From the NCBI GenBank assembly GCA_964016885.1, contig OZ024740.1:295616001-295680000 (forward strand): DNA of 64,000 bases, written 5' to 3'. Made by a program: the position numbers and the translations under genes. Below are positions 1 to 13,849 of this stretch, piece after piece; position 1 is the stretch's first letter; the number at the start of each line of letters is the position of its first letter. The stretch comes from Eledone cirrhosa (taxonomy: Eukaryota). The notes under the pieces are model-generated. The model had not been told where the DNA came from. It did not search any database and saw only the letters and a program-made list of their open reading frames with translations.

Positions 1-20
1 CCCTCTATATCACCCCCCCC

Positions 21-101
<81 letters not shown>
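21..101. repeat. (CT)n microsatellite
   Basis: Nearly pure ct run. Confidence 0.95.
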
Positions 102-104
<3 letters not shown>

Positions 105-611
105 TTCTCCCCCTCTCTCTCTCCCTCTTTCTTTCACACACACACACACCATCTCTATCTCCTTCTATGGAGACCTGGAGAGGGGATGTGCTCCTCAAGT
201 TTAAAGTGCCCAAGACACGCCCTATGTCACGACGGCGTCAAAACGAGTCCATCTGGAGTTACGGGTTCATATATATATATAAATATATATATATAAGTAT
301 GTATACGTACATACATATATGTATACAGACGTACAGTAGTATGTATAAATATATACATACATGCACACATATATATATGTACGTATGGACACCGAACATT
401 TATTATAATGCTCGGTGTGTTTGTAAACAAACATCCCGAATTAAGCCGTACAGTGTCTAGCAACCATCGTTGCTCATTTGTTCAACACTGACAAAGGAAC
501 GCTGTACTAGTTTCAAGCTTATTAGCTATCGTAGCTATCGTCAGCAACGTATACCTTCCTGCCAGATGATTGAACGTCTGAAAGTATATATATACATACT
601 TATATATATAT

Positions 612-813
612 AATTCACAAGAATCAAAGCTATGTTCAAAGCATTTATTCACTGTGAATTCACAAGTGAATAAATGCTTTGAACATAGCTTTGATTCTTG
701 TGAATTCTATATAACTGCTCTGTAGAACAACTGATGTTATTACATTGAGGTATTTATCTTACTGGTAATAAGGTAGTAATAAATTACTGTCTTTCACTGT
801 TTAGGATTTAAAA
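612..813 (+). mobile_element. Short fold-back insertion in (TA)n (family I)
   Basis: 42-bp inverted repeat 612-653 / 665-706; right arm continues about 105 nt further before the TA run; TA flanks on both sides. Confidence 0.6.
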
Positions 814-952
814 TATATATAACTATAAAAAGTTTTAGTATATACATAACCATAAATAGTATCCTTAATATTATTACTTATATATATACATACTTATATT
901 TAAATAACAGCCGTACTAAGAGTGAGAAATGAAATTTCGTTTCATTTTTTCC

Positions 953-1022
<70 letters not shown>

Positions 1023-2511
1023 GACCCAGCATCTCATAGATCGCATGAAAACCTTTTGACAGTGGTGAAAAAAGAAAGGAATTGTAGAAGGAGGAAGAGA
1101 AAGAGAGGCGGGAAAAAGAAAATATTCATAGACACCATCCAAATCTTTAGCGGAGACCCCGTGATATAGCAAGCAGCCGCGGCAGATACGGAATACTTGT
1201 GCAGAATATATCAGGACAGTACCTCTACGACTCCATCAGGACCTGACGCCTTAACTTATGTGCGTGTATATGTGTATGTATATGTTTGCGCGCGCGCCTG
1301 TCGTGGGTTTACTGTTGTTGCCCTCATCAAGCAGATTTATGAATAAAAAGAATTCCAGCCTCGACCATCACATCCTTTTTTTATTTGCAGGGGATCTAGG
1401 ATTACATTATCCAATGTGACTTGTTTTAAGACAGTATGGTAGGATTTGATGGAGATTTGGTTGTTATTTCTAGCGGGTCGAACAACCACATTGAAGCTCC
1501 CAACATGACAATAATCAAATGAGTGAAACCAATAAAATAATATAAACACATCAAAATATTTTAATGTATTTACTTATGTAGGTATTTACGCCTAGATATA
1601 CATGTTATTTTTGTCTGTATCAAATAGAAACTCAAATGTCTTATCTAACGACCATCTTATTACAGTCATATCATTAATTGCTATTTGAAGTTGATAGTTC
1701 TTTGTTCGACAGAAAACGAAATAAGGGGGAAATAAGGGGCTACAAAGACACTTAAAGCTTTGTTCCTCCAGCTCCCTTTAATCTATTTTATTATTGAAAT
1801 TATCTAAATACTACCTTTTTAATACCTCATTGAATATATACTATTTCAATTTATTTCGATCTTCGTTTCTTTTCATCATAATGTACAGATATTAGGAAGA
1901 AATATTTTAAATAACACTTCCGAAAAACACTTTTAGACATTTGTTTGCATTTACAAATTCTAAACTTCTAAACTTCAAATTATTCTCTCTGTAATGAAAT
2001 CCTACAGTAGATTATTCTCTAATTTATTTCGTTAGCTATTTACTTAAATGATAAAGAAGTAAATAGTTTGGTTGAGAGCCAGTTCAAATTTCATAGACAA
2101 GCGATAAATTATACAAAATAACTTGGATTGCATCCATATTATCTTCGTGCTGTGAATAAAGAAGGAAATAAACAAGCAAATAAATAAATAAAGAGATGAA
2201 TAAATAAATAAATAAATGCAAGCTGAAAAGAATTAAATAAAAAATATTCCAACAAAAAAATGAATGTGTTTACGTCAGATATGCTGTTTTTTTATTGCTT
2301 CGGGTTGTATTTGTGAGGTTAAAGAGTTTAGTTTTTGGTGTAACCTTCTAATGGATAGATTAGTTATATGATTTAGATTATAACTATTTAGTTTAATTTC
2401 ACGTATATCACCATCTCCACTCCCTATACCAACTACACGGAAAATACTCAGTTTCAGAGAAGTTATTTCTGTGAGACGAAAGGCGTCATATGTTTCTTAT
2501 GGGAAACGAAA

Positions 2512-2513
2512 CG

Positions 2514-2604
<91 letters not shown>
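2512..2604. repeat. (GTT)n microsatellite
   Basis: Pure trinucleotide run; source of spurious polyQ/polyV ORFs. Confidence 0.95.
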
Positions 2605-2605
<1 letters not shown>

Positions 2606-2916
2606 CCACCGACTTATTTCTTAGAGGGTCGTGGGGTAGAGTCCTCAAATACTCCTTCCTGCCAGACGTAACTGTTTCCAACTGATCCGGCTGAATCCCC
2701 AAGAGAGATCAGTGGAGCTCATGGATGTTATCCTGACAGTAATCTAATTTTCAAAAACAATAAATGATGAGGATGAAGAGAGTTGTCTTTATCATACTAA
2801 TCATCATCAGCATCACCACCATCGCCATTACTAACATCATATCCATTACCATCACCGTCACCATTACCAACATCATCACCATCACCATCATCATCACCAG
2901 ATCTGACTGCTATATC

Positions 2917-3128
2917 AAGATGGTGTAGGACAGAACAAAGAGTGGACACAAAATAACAAATTAGTCACTGAGGAGGTCACATAATGTATGACGAAAGAAC
3001 TTTGACAATAAACAAGTAAACAACTATTCTATTATTAAGCCAACCAACTGGAAATCTATAATAAATTGAAGTGAAAACCAACAGAGGCATGTGTTTTTAT
3101 TGGCAGCATGACTCTCCAAAGTATAATA
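2917..3128 (+). mobile_element. Diverged 3' terminus (pLTR) of PLE family B
   Basis: Aligns by eye to 8567-8822; ends ATGACTCTCCAAAGTATAAT then TA-rich sequence. Confidence 0.8.
2964..3006 (+). ncRNA. Minimal type-I hammerhead ribozyme (family B)
   Basis: GTCA-CTGAGGA-g-GTCACA-taatg-TATGAC-GAAA-GAAC-TT-TGAC. Confidence 0.7.
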
Positions 3129-3219
3129 GTATATGTATATATATTATAAGGATAAAGGAACAAGGATTCAGTGTTGCATCATAACATATTTAATAACATA
3201 TTACATATGTTTTACTATG

Positions 3220-3830
3220 CAGCTAGAAAGAAAAAAATCGAGACATAAAGACGTCATATGGTTTGCACCACCTTTTGCACTTAATGTGAAAACTAATGTA
3301 GGTAGAAAATTCCTAGCCCTGATAGACCTCCACTTCCCTGTAGGCCATACATACTGAAAGATATTCAATGGCCATACAGTGAAAATAGGATACTCATGTA
3401 CTAATAACGTTAAATCCTACATCACTGGCAAACGCAAAAGCTGTTCACCGTACGGATGCTCATGCAGAAGGCTAGAGATGTGCCCACTAGACCAACAGTG
3501 TAACACTCCGGTGGTAATATATCGGTACCTGAACTATTAAACAACCTTTTAGTCATCCGGATAAAAAAAAAACATGTCACCCACCTCGCAAACCATGTAT
3601 GGAGCCTCAAGAATAACAGCACACCTTTTCTCATTAAATGGAGTTTATTAAAAAAAAATTACCGCCTATGTTAATGGGACGAAATTTTGCCGGCTTTGTA
3701 ACTCGGAAAAATGGAATATATTCTCTCAACTGGCTTTAGATAAACACTGCCTGAATACACAACTTGACTGTTTTAGCTGCTGTTCACACGAAATGAAGTA
3801 CATTCTGAGTAAATGGTTTAGACCTGACTA
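3220..3830 (+). pseudogene. Degenerate PLE fragment (Hydra-like thumb/linker and GIY-YIG C-terminus)
   Basis: WFAPPFALNVKTNVGRKFLALIDLHFP..KIFN..TVKIGYSC and later LANHVWSLK / CRLCNSE, homologous to ORF 19537-20607; stops and frameshifts. Confidence 0.8.
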
Positions 3831-4136
3831 ACTAATTCTGATGTCAAGGAATATATTTTCTTTGAATTACTGTCTAATTTGTATGTCAAGGAATTTGGAT
3901 TCTTTGAGTGAGCTTAGAAAAAATGTTTACCTTACTTTTGACATTGGTTTTGCAAGAGTTACCTTCCTTGATCTTACCTATCATTTTTGCTAATATCTAT
4001 CTATTTCTATTTTCGAAATTACCTGCTTTGTTTGAACTCTCGAATAATCTTCAGAAAGGAACCCAAATTCAACATCCAGGGGCCACATATTTAAACATAC
4101 GTGAACGTTAGAAATAGTTATGTACAGATCACTTTA

Positions 4137-4650
<514 letters not shown>

Positions 4651-4659
4651 GGCTATAAA

Positions 4660-4820
4660 GACGGTGAATTTGCAGAGTCGTTTGCGTGTTGTGGATTTAA
4701 AATGCCTTGGTATTTGTTTCGGCTTACAGTACCCCGAGTTTAAATCACGACTATGCCAACTTTGTCTTTAATCCTTTCAATGTCGATGAATCAAGTACTA
4801 ACCTAGTACTGGATTCGATT
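4660..4820 (+). mobile_element. Old tRNA-derived SINE copy
   Basis: Degenerate B box (gagtttaaatc) and core tttgtctttaatcctttc..gtcgatgaatcaagtac matching the SINE at 16267. Confidence 0.55.
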
Positions 4821-4969
4821 CTCCCCCACCCCTTCTCTTTCTCTGGAGGAAATTGACTCGGTGCCGACGTGGAAAGGGATAAGCTCCACTAGATTTAAAA
4901 TGCCCAAAACACACCGCGTGTCATGATGTCCCACTTATGAATCAATCATAAGTTAAAGGCCCTTTACAA

Positions 4970-6113
4970 TATAGGATATACATGATTTATTTAGGAAAGT
5001 TCACAAATTACAAATCTGGCACGTGCAAAGTGAATACAATTTAATTTACTAATGTCAAGAGTTGTATCCTGTATCAATCGACATATTCAACATTTACATA
5101 AAAATAACAACAAAAAAAACAGCATGTAAAGCAATTTATAAAGGTCACTGCGACCTCTTTCATTCACAAATACCTCCTTTAAAAGAAAAACAACGATAAA
5201 CATAACATCCAATTATGAGAAATTATTATATGTTATGTTGTTGCAGATCTTTCGGTCTGTTTGCTGTTTTTGCTATTTTTGTTGTTGTTATTGTTGTTGT
5301 TGCTGCTGTTGTTGCTGTTTTTGTTGTTGCTGTTGATGTTGTTATCCTTCTTATTGATTTAATGCATCCATATTTTTATTACTTTTAATGTACCAAGTAA
5401 TTTATATTTTGGCTGTTATGTATAAGTTGCCATTTCCTTTGTTTAAATGCCGAGATAAATCATCGAGTTCCAGCATGAGTAGGTCAAAGGAATCTGATCC
5501 GCTTACCACATCCTGAAAAGGCATTCGCCTGGTTAATTATTAGAATTAAAGATGTCTGCATAAAACGTTAACAAGGCGTGGACTGAAGTGTGATAGCTGT
5601 CAATCTTACTTGTGAGCAGCTGATGGAGAAGGTAGAGTGTAGGGATATCAAAGAGAACTGGTGAAGGCAGTCGTCTATAGTAACGAGGTGATGTAAAAGC
5701 ATGTACTGGACGCCGCAGGCTTCCCGTTCCAGCTCATTCCAGCGGGGATGGACCGAGGAGACAGTAAAAGGCTAGACGGCATGACAATCTACTCTTTCCT
5801 CGGTGGTAGGCCACCCATCTGAGATGCTATATGTTGCGACACCTTCTCCAGCAGCAACCTGGTGCATTCGACGACTAGCCATGGTTTCGCTGGATGTTAG
5901 GTCGAAGAGGAAAAACTGTCGAAATATCCATCGCTCTCCGATAGCTTTGTGGTCGAGTTTGTGGCAATGGAGACTTCGAGCACTTTTGATCACCCGGACC
6001 ACATCCCCACTCACTATCGCAACGGAGTTGTTTAACTGGAAGAATGAGTTCCATGAGTTGGAGTGTCTGTTCCAGCACGCCTCTCTTGCCATCCTCCGTT
6101 CTTTCTGTTAACT
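4970..6113 (-). other. Candidate terminal exon of a host transcript
   Basis: Acceptor-like tttcactgtttcag at 6114; unique GC-richer segment 5560-6113 with open frames; AT-rich UTR-like tail with AATAAA at 4986-4991 (-); no recognisable protein. Confidence 0.3.
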
Positions 6114-6599
6114 CTGAAACAGTGAAATGTTAAACATACTTAAAGAAAGATTTATGTCACATACATGTATATGTGACTTGCTCTCTAAAAAGAGCGAAGC
6201 AATTTCTTTCCATTAGTTGCATGCTAATTGCTGTTTGATAAATGATATTTACTAATGATATAAATTTATATTTAAACATTTACGCTTTGTTGGGAAGTGG
6301 CGATTTATTATTAGTTTTCTTTGTCAAATAAATGCACTTGTTAGTCTTCAAAACATATTTATTTCATCGTTGTTCTCTTAAAAGACATTGAGCGGTTTAG
6401 TTTTCAAGTAATGAAATATCTCAACACAGCTAAATATACCAAGACAATCCATTGTCAAACAAAGAGAAACTGGATTTATTACTAAAGTACAAGTACAATT
6501 CCATTAAGGGGTTTCAAGTTTTCCTACGATAAGTCATTTTATGAGTCATTTTGAGAAATTCCCATTCTTTATTCAGTATATGTCTAGCTCAAAACAGTT

Positions 6600-6738
6600 T
6601 TTGATTTCCTTACTTTAGTTAGGACAGAGTCTGAACGAAAAGACAATTAAACTTAAAAATAAATGTTTTTTGAAAATCTGAAGACGGAGAAAGCAAGCTA
6701 TGCTAAACATCAATTTTTTTGTACATATTATAAAGATC

Positions 6739-6782
<44 letters not shown>

Positions 6783-6832
6783 AGATGTGCTTTTCAAACC
6801 TCCTCTCTTTTTATTTATCATTTTCCTTATAT
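6600..6832 (+). mobile_element. Repeat family C copy
   Basis: Shares cggagaaagc.agct.tgctaaac..aatttt..gtacatattat and ttcaaacc..cattttccttata with 4395-4512. Confidence 0.55.
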
Positions 6833-7264
6833 AACTGTTTCTACTATTGGCACAAGGCCAGCAATTACCCAGTACATTACTGGTACTTTATTTTCCTTAT
6901 ATAACGTAATCTGTATAGAACGTTTTCTAACGTCCACCCTTTTTTACATTATACATGGCAGTGTCGTCTCAGTTTTTCGTTCCGAGTATCTCATGAAAGT
7001 GGATACTCGGAACGAAAAACCTGTTGACGAAGGGAAATCCCCATTCCAACATAGGATGCATTACTGACTGGCATATACATTACCTAACTTGGAGTGTAAC
7101 TTCCGATTTCCCAGAAACCTATCGAAGATATTTATCGATTAATATCTATCGATTAGGTCCAGGTTTGTCTTTAGCCTGTCTGTATTTTCGTTGTGGCAAG
7201 CTGCCCCTGGTCGCATTATTCATTGTATCACTATTACCTAACTTCTTGTGTTCACTCTGAGGAG

Positions 7265-7500
<236 letters not shown>

Positions 7501-7710
7501 TTCGTTTCTGAATTTGTTTAGCAAGATTCTTTATCTGAAAACGTGTGTTGAATCCGATATTGTTATACTTTGGGAGGGTCATGTTGCCAATAAGAAACAC
7601 ACGCACCAGTTGCTTTCACTTCAATTTATTATAATAAATTTATAAATTTAGGAATTTATAAATTTCCGGTTGGTTGGTTGGTTCCACAACCAGATGGTTG
7701 TTTATATATT

Positions 7711-7753
7711 GTCAAAGTTCTTTCGTCACACATTCTGTGACCACTTCAGTGAC
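7711..7753 (-). ncRNA. Hammerhead motif, family B left arm (A9->T core change)
   Basis: GTCA-CTGAAGT-g-GTCACA-gaatg-TGTGAC-GAAA-GAAC-TT-TGAC. Confidence 0.6.
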
Positions 7754-8622
7754 TGGGGATTCTTTTCTTTGTTTTTGTGCCTCTCCTTTGTTCTGCCCTA
7801 CGCCATCTTATTTCTGTGTGTGTGTTGTGTGCGCAGTCTGCGCATGCGCCACATCCGGGTGTCTGTGTGTGTTTATATTCGTTTATTTATTTGTTTATTT
7901 ACATGTTACTGGTTGGTTGTTTGTTTTATGTGTGTGTGTGTTTTCATTTTGTCCTTAATTGTAAGTTGTGATGTTGCTGTTCCACTCATGTTTTCTATTT
8001 AATTTTGGTTGTAATTTTTTTATGTTTATTGCCTCTGTGATTTGTCTAAACATTGCGTCTTTGCTGTGTGTAGATTCTATTTTTATTTCTATGTTCTCTA
8101 ATTTACCCTTATGTTCTATTTTAGCATGTTGGTAGAGTACAGATGACTCTTTACTATCTTGAAGGTCTCGCCAGTGTTCATTTATGTTCATTAAATGAAC
8201 ACTGGCGAGACCTTCAAGATAGTAAAGAATCATCTGTACTCTACCAACATGCTAAAATAGAACATAAGGGTAAATTAGAGAACATAGAAATAAAAATAGA
8301 ATCTACACACAGAAAAGACGCAATGTTTAGACAAATCACAGAGGCAATAAACATAAAAGAATTACAACCAAAATTAAATAGAAAACATGAGTGGAACAGC
8401 AACATCACAACTTACAATTAAGGCCAAAATGAAAACACACACGCACATAGAACAAATAACTAACCAGTAACATGTAAATAAACAAATAAATAAACGAATA
8501 TAAACACACACAGACACCCGGATGTGGCGCATGCGCAGTCTGAGTACACAACACACACACAGAAATAAGATGGCGTAGGACAGAACAAAGGAGAGGCACA
8601 AAAACAAAGAAAAGAATCCCCA

Positions 8623-8665
8623 GTCACTGAAGAGGTCACAGAATGTGTGACGAAAGAACTTTGAC
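8623..8665 (+). ncRNA. Minimal type-I hammerhead ribozyme (family B)
   Basis: GTCA-CTGAAGA-g-GTCACA-gaatg-TGTGAC-GAAA-GAAC-TT-TGAC; stems I and II fully paired. Confidence 0.85.
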
Positions 8666-8815
8666 AATATATAAACAACCATCTGGTTGTGGAACCAACC
8701 AACCAACCAACCGGAAATTTATAAATTCCTAAATTTATAAATTTATTATAATAAATTGAAGTGAAAGCAACTGGTGCGTGTGTTTCTTATTGGCAACATG
8801 ACCCTCCCAAAGTAT

Positions 8816-8861
<46 letters not shown>

Positions 8862-8864
<3 letters not shown>

Positions 8865-9122
8865 ATAAAATATTGTTATATTTTGAATACCTGATGATAT
8901 CACCGGATTCATACTGAACCCGGTTATTGAAATGATCATAGTATAATAAACCTTTCAAGGATTTACACCAGTCCAGCCTCCTGTTATTTTATAATAATTA
9001 ACTCCGTACTCGCACCGCTAACTACACTAACGAAGACGGGTGAGTTGCATTACGTTGAGTGCTCTCCATAATATTACATCGAAATGACCAGTTTTATCCA
9101 GTGGTGAACCAACAAACCTAAA
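8862..9122 (+). mobile_element. Non-coding hammerhead-bearing element end (family G)
   Basis: TA-flanked; homologous to both strands of 25647-25924. Confidence 0.7.
8887..8944 (+). ncRNA. Type-I hammerhead ribozyme (family G)
   Basis: ATAC-CTGATGA-tatc-ACCGGATTC-atact-GAACCCGGT-tatt-GAAA-TGATCA-TA-GTAT; palindromic stem III. Confidence 0.85.
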
Positions 9123-9129
9123 TAAATAA

Positions 9130-9164
<35 letters not shown>

Positions 9165-9199
9165 TGTATGTATGTATGTATGTATGTATGTATGTATAT

Positions 9200-9390
9200 A
9201 TATTGTTATACTTGCGGGGCGGGGGCGGGGGGGGGGGGGGTCATATTGTTGTAATAATATTGCCAGAAATAATAACAGAACACACTCACTGTTTGGTTGG
9301 TTTTCGCTTCTGTATCTTTTATATCTCCATAATTAATTTATTTGGCAATCAATGTTTATCATTGACTGACCAACTGTTAAAAATACAGAT
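9200..9390 (-). mobile_element. Terminal fragment of PLE family A
   Basis: tattgttata..gggtcatat..tattgccaga..aataacagaacacactcactgtttggttggttttcgcttc matches 51314-51400; expanded G run. Confidence 0.85.
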
Positions 9391-9407
9391 ATAAATATAT
9401 ATATATA

Positions 9408-9707
9408 CAAAATTAAAATTAAGGGTTGTCATGTCTGAGAGACATCTATATTTGAGAGACATCTATATATGTGAGAGGTATCTATATTTGAAGTTCTAGT
9501 CAAACTTTAATTAGTTACCTACCTAGCTATGTGTGCTTACATTCTTTACAAATTATTCCCTGTGATTGTTTCATGTATTTATTTTATATATATATATGTA
9601 AATCTATTTCTAGTTGATATGTAATGCTCGGATCTAATCTGTGAGCTTATTCTACGGTGGATATGGCGCATGTCTCTCAGACATGACAACCCTTAATTTT
9701 AATTTTG
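9408..9707. mobile_element. 300-bp element with 38-bp perfect terminal inverted repeats in (TA)n
   Basis: caaaattaaaattaagggttgtcatgtctgagagacat at 9408-9445 and its reverse complement at 9670-9707; internal part repeated at about 10008-10137. Confidence 0.7.
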
Positions 9708-10219
9708 GATATATATACGGCCCCTTGATTGTTGAGCTAATTCAGTTGAATAGGCTCGGCTGCTATTTCTGGCTGTCGATGGTCCTATTCACGCCACTGG
9801 GATGACGTTGTTCAACGAGTGTATTTCAAAAAAAATAAAAAATGGTTCGAATCATTCACAGATTTGCATTTGCTGTGTAAACACAGATGGTTATTTTCTT
9901 CTCCTTTGGTGAACATCCAAGAATTTAACTGCTGTGATTTACGGATTAATAGGTGAAATATATTTCTTACTTAAAGAAATATATACAAAGGAGATTAATA
10001 ATTTTAAATATTTGAAGTTCTAGTCAAACTTTAATTAGTTACATACCTAGCTATGTGTGCTTACATTCTTTACACATTATTCCCTGTAATTGTTTCATGT
10101 ATTTATTTTATATATATATATGTCAATCTATTTCTAGTAGATATAAATATATATATAGTCTAACAAAGTTCTTTCATTAAACATATATATATATCTATAT
10201 ATTGATCCAGTTTGGAAAA

Positions 10220-10900
10220 GAGGATATACACTGAAATTTCTTTGAGGTGAAACTCTTGTGGCATCCAACAACATCAGAGACTTGGGAATAATTGTCGATA
10301 ATAACATAAGCTGAACCACTCATATAAACAGCAAAGTTGACATAGCCCGCAGAATGTGTTCCCGGATTCTCAGAACTTTCCGGATAATCCACACCATTAT
10401 CCGTCTCTTCTCTACGTTTGCCCGATCCCACCTTGAATACTGTTGTCCGCTGTAGTCTCCCCACACGAAACAAAGTATTATGGAAATTGAAGCACCTCAA
10501 ATATCAATCACAAAATAGATAAAGATAGACGGCATAACAGGCCTTGACTATCGGATCGACTAGAAAAGCTCAAATTCTATTCTCTCCAACGCTGCCGCGA
10601 GCGCTACATTTTTTGCATGATGTTGGTATCATCTTTAGAGTACACCTAAAGCTTGGCACCCGTGCTATCCGCTCACAACAAAAGTTAAACTCGCATCTCA
10701 TAACAACATTACGGCACAATTATTTCACCTCAATTGGTCGTACTTTCTTTAAAATAACACCAAAACACATTAAAACAGAAACATCCCACATAAAATACAA
10801 AAAGTCTTTGAACAAATTCCTTCAAGAAATCCCGATAAACCTCCTATACACGGATATGTCTCCGTAAACAATAACTCTCTAATTGAGTGGGCCATGGTGT
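10220..10900 (+). pseudogene. Degenerate CR1-like LINE RT C-terminal fragment
   Basis: Translates with frameshifts to RDLGIIVDNNIS..HIN..V..A, ILRTF, PHLEYCCPL*SP, GLDY..RLEKLK.YSLQR.RERY. Confidence 0.75.
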
Positions 10901-11218
10901 CCAAATCGGGATTTGAAAGACTTCGCCAGATGGTGCTATTAAGTTAGACATGACCTGGGCCAATACTGGCCGAAACCTATCAAAGTCCTCAAAGTTATAC
11001 ACACACAAACACACACGCACATACACACACACACATATATATATACATTTGTACATACATATATACGTGCAAATGCAAGCTAGCATATAATATATTTTCT
11101 TTAGATTACATACGAAGACACTATTATATTACCCTATTCATGTTCAGTTGTCCAATCAAAAGGTTATGAAAGGTAGCGGAAGCGGTATAAATAAATAGAT
11201 AGATGTGACTGCTGAAAA

Positions 11219-11518
11219 ATGTATGCATGTATGTATGTATGTATGTATGTATGTATGTATGTATGTATGTATGTATGTATGTATGTATGTATGTATGTAT
11301 GTATGTATGTATGTATGTATGTATGTATGTATGTATGTATGTATGCATGTATGCATGTATGTATGTATGTATGTATGTATGTATGTATGTATGTATGTAT
11401 GTATGTATGTATGTATGTATGTATGTATGTATGTATGTATACACGGACATACTTCTATATATGCTTGCATGTTTATATATACAATGGCGAGAGTTTGAGA
11501 TGTATATAAATATGTATG

Positions 11519-11552
<34 letters not shown>

Positions 11553-11583
11553 TGTATGTATGTATGTATGTGAGTATATATTT

Positions 11584-11618
<35 letters not shown>

Positions 11619-11730
11619 CACTTACATAGTTCTATATTTACTTACATGTTTCTATATATACTTACATGTTTATATATACAATGGAGAGAGAGTTTGAAAA
11701 GATACATAAATAAATAGATTGATAGATGAG

Positions 11731-11768
<38 letters not shown>

Positions 11769-11774
11769 TAATAG

Positions 11775-11833
<59 letters not shown>

Positions 11834-11864
11834 CACACGCACACACTCCCACACACATATATAT

Positions 11865-11898
<34 letters not shown>

Positions 11899-11900
11899 GA
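11219..11900. repeat. Compound (GTAT)n/(GATA)n/(TA)n microsatellite region
   Basis: Directly visible runs. Confidence 0.9.
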
Positions 11901-12469
11901 AATGAGATGAACTACGATACAGACTGAAAGAAAGCGGTATATTGAGGGAGTGATAGACACTAGGTGTTTGTGATTATGGAGTGAGTGTATGTATGTGTGT
12001 GAGTATGATTGTATGTGTGTGTGTCTGTGTGTGTGTGTGTGTGTGTTTCTGAACGATTACGTGACAGGAAAAGAAATAGAAATTGAGTGAAACAAAGAAC
12101 AGAAAGGAAGAAATAGTGTAAGCAAAAAAGTAAGGGAAAAAAAATAGAAATAGCAAAAATAAAACAGAAAAAAAAAAAAAAAAAGGAAAATGGACACAAA
12201 TTAGACATAAATAAATAAATAATAAGGTTAAGAAATAAAGACACGAAAAAGGACGGAATGAAGGACGAAAGGAAGAAAGAAAGAGAGAGGGAAAGAGGGA
12301 GTATATGTATTCTCTGAGACATTTGGTGAAATAGCAACAGGAAATACAGTTTTGTTGATAACAATATCTGTGACCAGTTTAATCAAATCATTTTGATCAA
12401 TGATAAAAGCTTCAAAGAGGGGGAAAAACTGTTCCCACACTTCCTATTATTTACATTTTTGCTTAGTTT

Positions 12470-12669
12470 NNNNNNNNNNNNNNNNNNNNNNNNNNNNNNN
12501 NNNNNNNNNNNNNNNNNNNNNNNNNNNNNNNNNNNNNNNNNNNNNNNNNNNNNNNNNNNNNNNNNNNNNNNNNNNNNNNNNNNNNNNNNNNNNNNNNNNN
12601 NNNNNNNNNNNNNNNNNNNNNNNNNNNNNNNNNNNNNNNNNNNNNNNNNNNNNNNNNNNNNNNNNNNNN
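12470..12669. other. Assembly gap (200 N)
   Basis: Run of n. Confidence 1.
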
Positions 12670-12943
12670 GGAATTCATATCTCGTACACACAAATGGCTC
12701 ACACTGGACCAATCGTACTCCGCATGGCCATCCTTATCTGTACACACACACAAACACACACATATATATATAGAGAGAGATAAGAAGGAGTGGATCCTTC
12801 TATATATATGCATATATATATATATGTTTATTTATTTGTGTGCATATGTGTGTGCATGTGTATAAGTGTGTATATATTTATATATGTGCGTCTGTAAAGG
12901 TATGTTTGTGTGTTTTTTGTTTGTATGTGAATGTATGTGTTTC

Positions 12944-12989
<46 letters not shown>

Positions 12990-13055
12990 CACCAAAATAC
13001 CAAACTATCGATTATACGATAGTTACACCGAATTTCGTGCCTTAATTATTGATTA

Positions 13056-13435
<380 letters not shown>

Positions 13436-13849
13436 ATTGATTATATATACACAAGACCTATCCGGTTTACTTATTATTATCCTAATATTTTTGTCAGTGT
13501 AAAAATTTGAAACGCTTTGACATTGTAGAAAAGTCACATGCATACTAAATAGGTAAGTGTCTCGGGAGAAACATACGTTATTTTCATTTTGTTGTAGATC
13601 GAAATAAATCCCGAAAAAGTAGGAAATATATGTGATTAATAAATAAAATGAAGAAATTAAAGGTTACAGGCTAGAAGGAAAAGAAATGTGATACAAGGAA
13701 TATAACGAAGTGTTTTTGATGAAAAACAACCATTTAATATTAATATGGTGGGGAATATACATATATTTGTATGCCTGCTGTATATACATGTAAATTACGA
13801 AGTAAATGTAGGCAAAAGGAAAGGAATTGTCCTATACATTAGATAGGTA

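Noticed and set aside
6672-6710. CTGAAGA-CGGA-GAAA-GCAAGC-TA hammerhead candidate
   Set aside because: Core is present but stem I does not pair and the related copy near 4395 lacks the core; not called.
12383-12813. ORFs spanning X runs
   Set aside because: Artefacts of the assembly gap.
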